Origin: Callorhinchus milii
Taxonomy: Eukaryota
DNA: 64,000 nt
Assembly: GCF_018977255.1 (NCBI RefSeq)
Contig: NW_024704743.1
Location: 93,808,001-93,872,000 of the forward strand
Direction of reading: 5' to 3'
This document shows, in pieces, positions 63,750 to 64,000 of this stretch. Numbering within the stretch: position 1 is the first letter of the stretch; each line of letters begins with the position of its first letter. A model generated the notes under the pieces. The model was not told the origin of the DNA and ran no database searches. It worked only from the letters and a program-made list of their open reading frames with translations. Made by a program: the position numbers and the translations under genes.

Positions 63750-64000
63750 TCGAATTCAAGATCCTCACCCTCACCTACAAGGCCATTCACGGCCTTGCTC
63801 CCTCCTACCTCTCCGACCTACTATCCCCCTACCTACCCGCCCGTACCCTCCGTTCCTCTGGCTCCGGTCTCCTCCACATCCCCCGCCCCAACCGCCCTAC
63901 TATCGGTGGCCGGGCCTTCAGCCTCTCAGCCCCTAGGCTCTGGAACTCTATCCCCCAGTGCCTTCGCCTTACCTCCTCCCTTTCCTCCTTCAAGGCCGGT
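63750..64000 (+). mobile_element. Young L2 3' fragment running off the window end
   Basis: Near-identical to the reverse complement of 54577-54822. Confidence 0.94.

Overview
This is vertebrate genomic DNA, not prokaryotic. It is non-coding (intergenic or deep intronic), AT-rich and dense in repeats. The repeat content points to a cartilaginous fish, probably a chimaera; this is an inference from recalled repeat consensus sequences. No intact protein-coding gene, rRNA, genuine tRNA gene or CRISPR array can be supported. Nearly all ORFs in the track are chance frames or decayed retroelement fragments. The window contains: (i) many copies of a young tRNA(Ala)-headed SINE with a Deu-like body and L2-type tail, in long and short forms; (ii) older SacSINE1-like Deu-SINEs; (iii) many L2 LINE 3' fragments and two larger L2 relics with endonuclease and RT motifs; (iv) CR1 fragments; (v) a rearranged Penelope-like element with hammerhead-ribozyme-type motifs, plus a palindrome derived from it; (vi) several palindromic MITE-like elements and near-perfect fold-back hairpins; (vii) an unclassified repeat of about 0.5 kb seen at three places. 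A few splice-site-bounded segments could be exons of an unidentified host gene, at low confidence. I found no convincing novel multi-gene system. The best leads concern SINE/LINE modularity, ribozyme-derived palindromes and the unclassified repeat. Coordinates of old repeats are approximate because they were read by eye.
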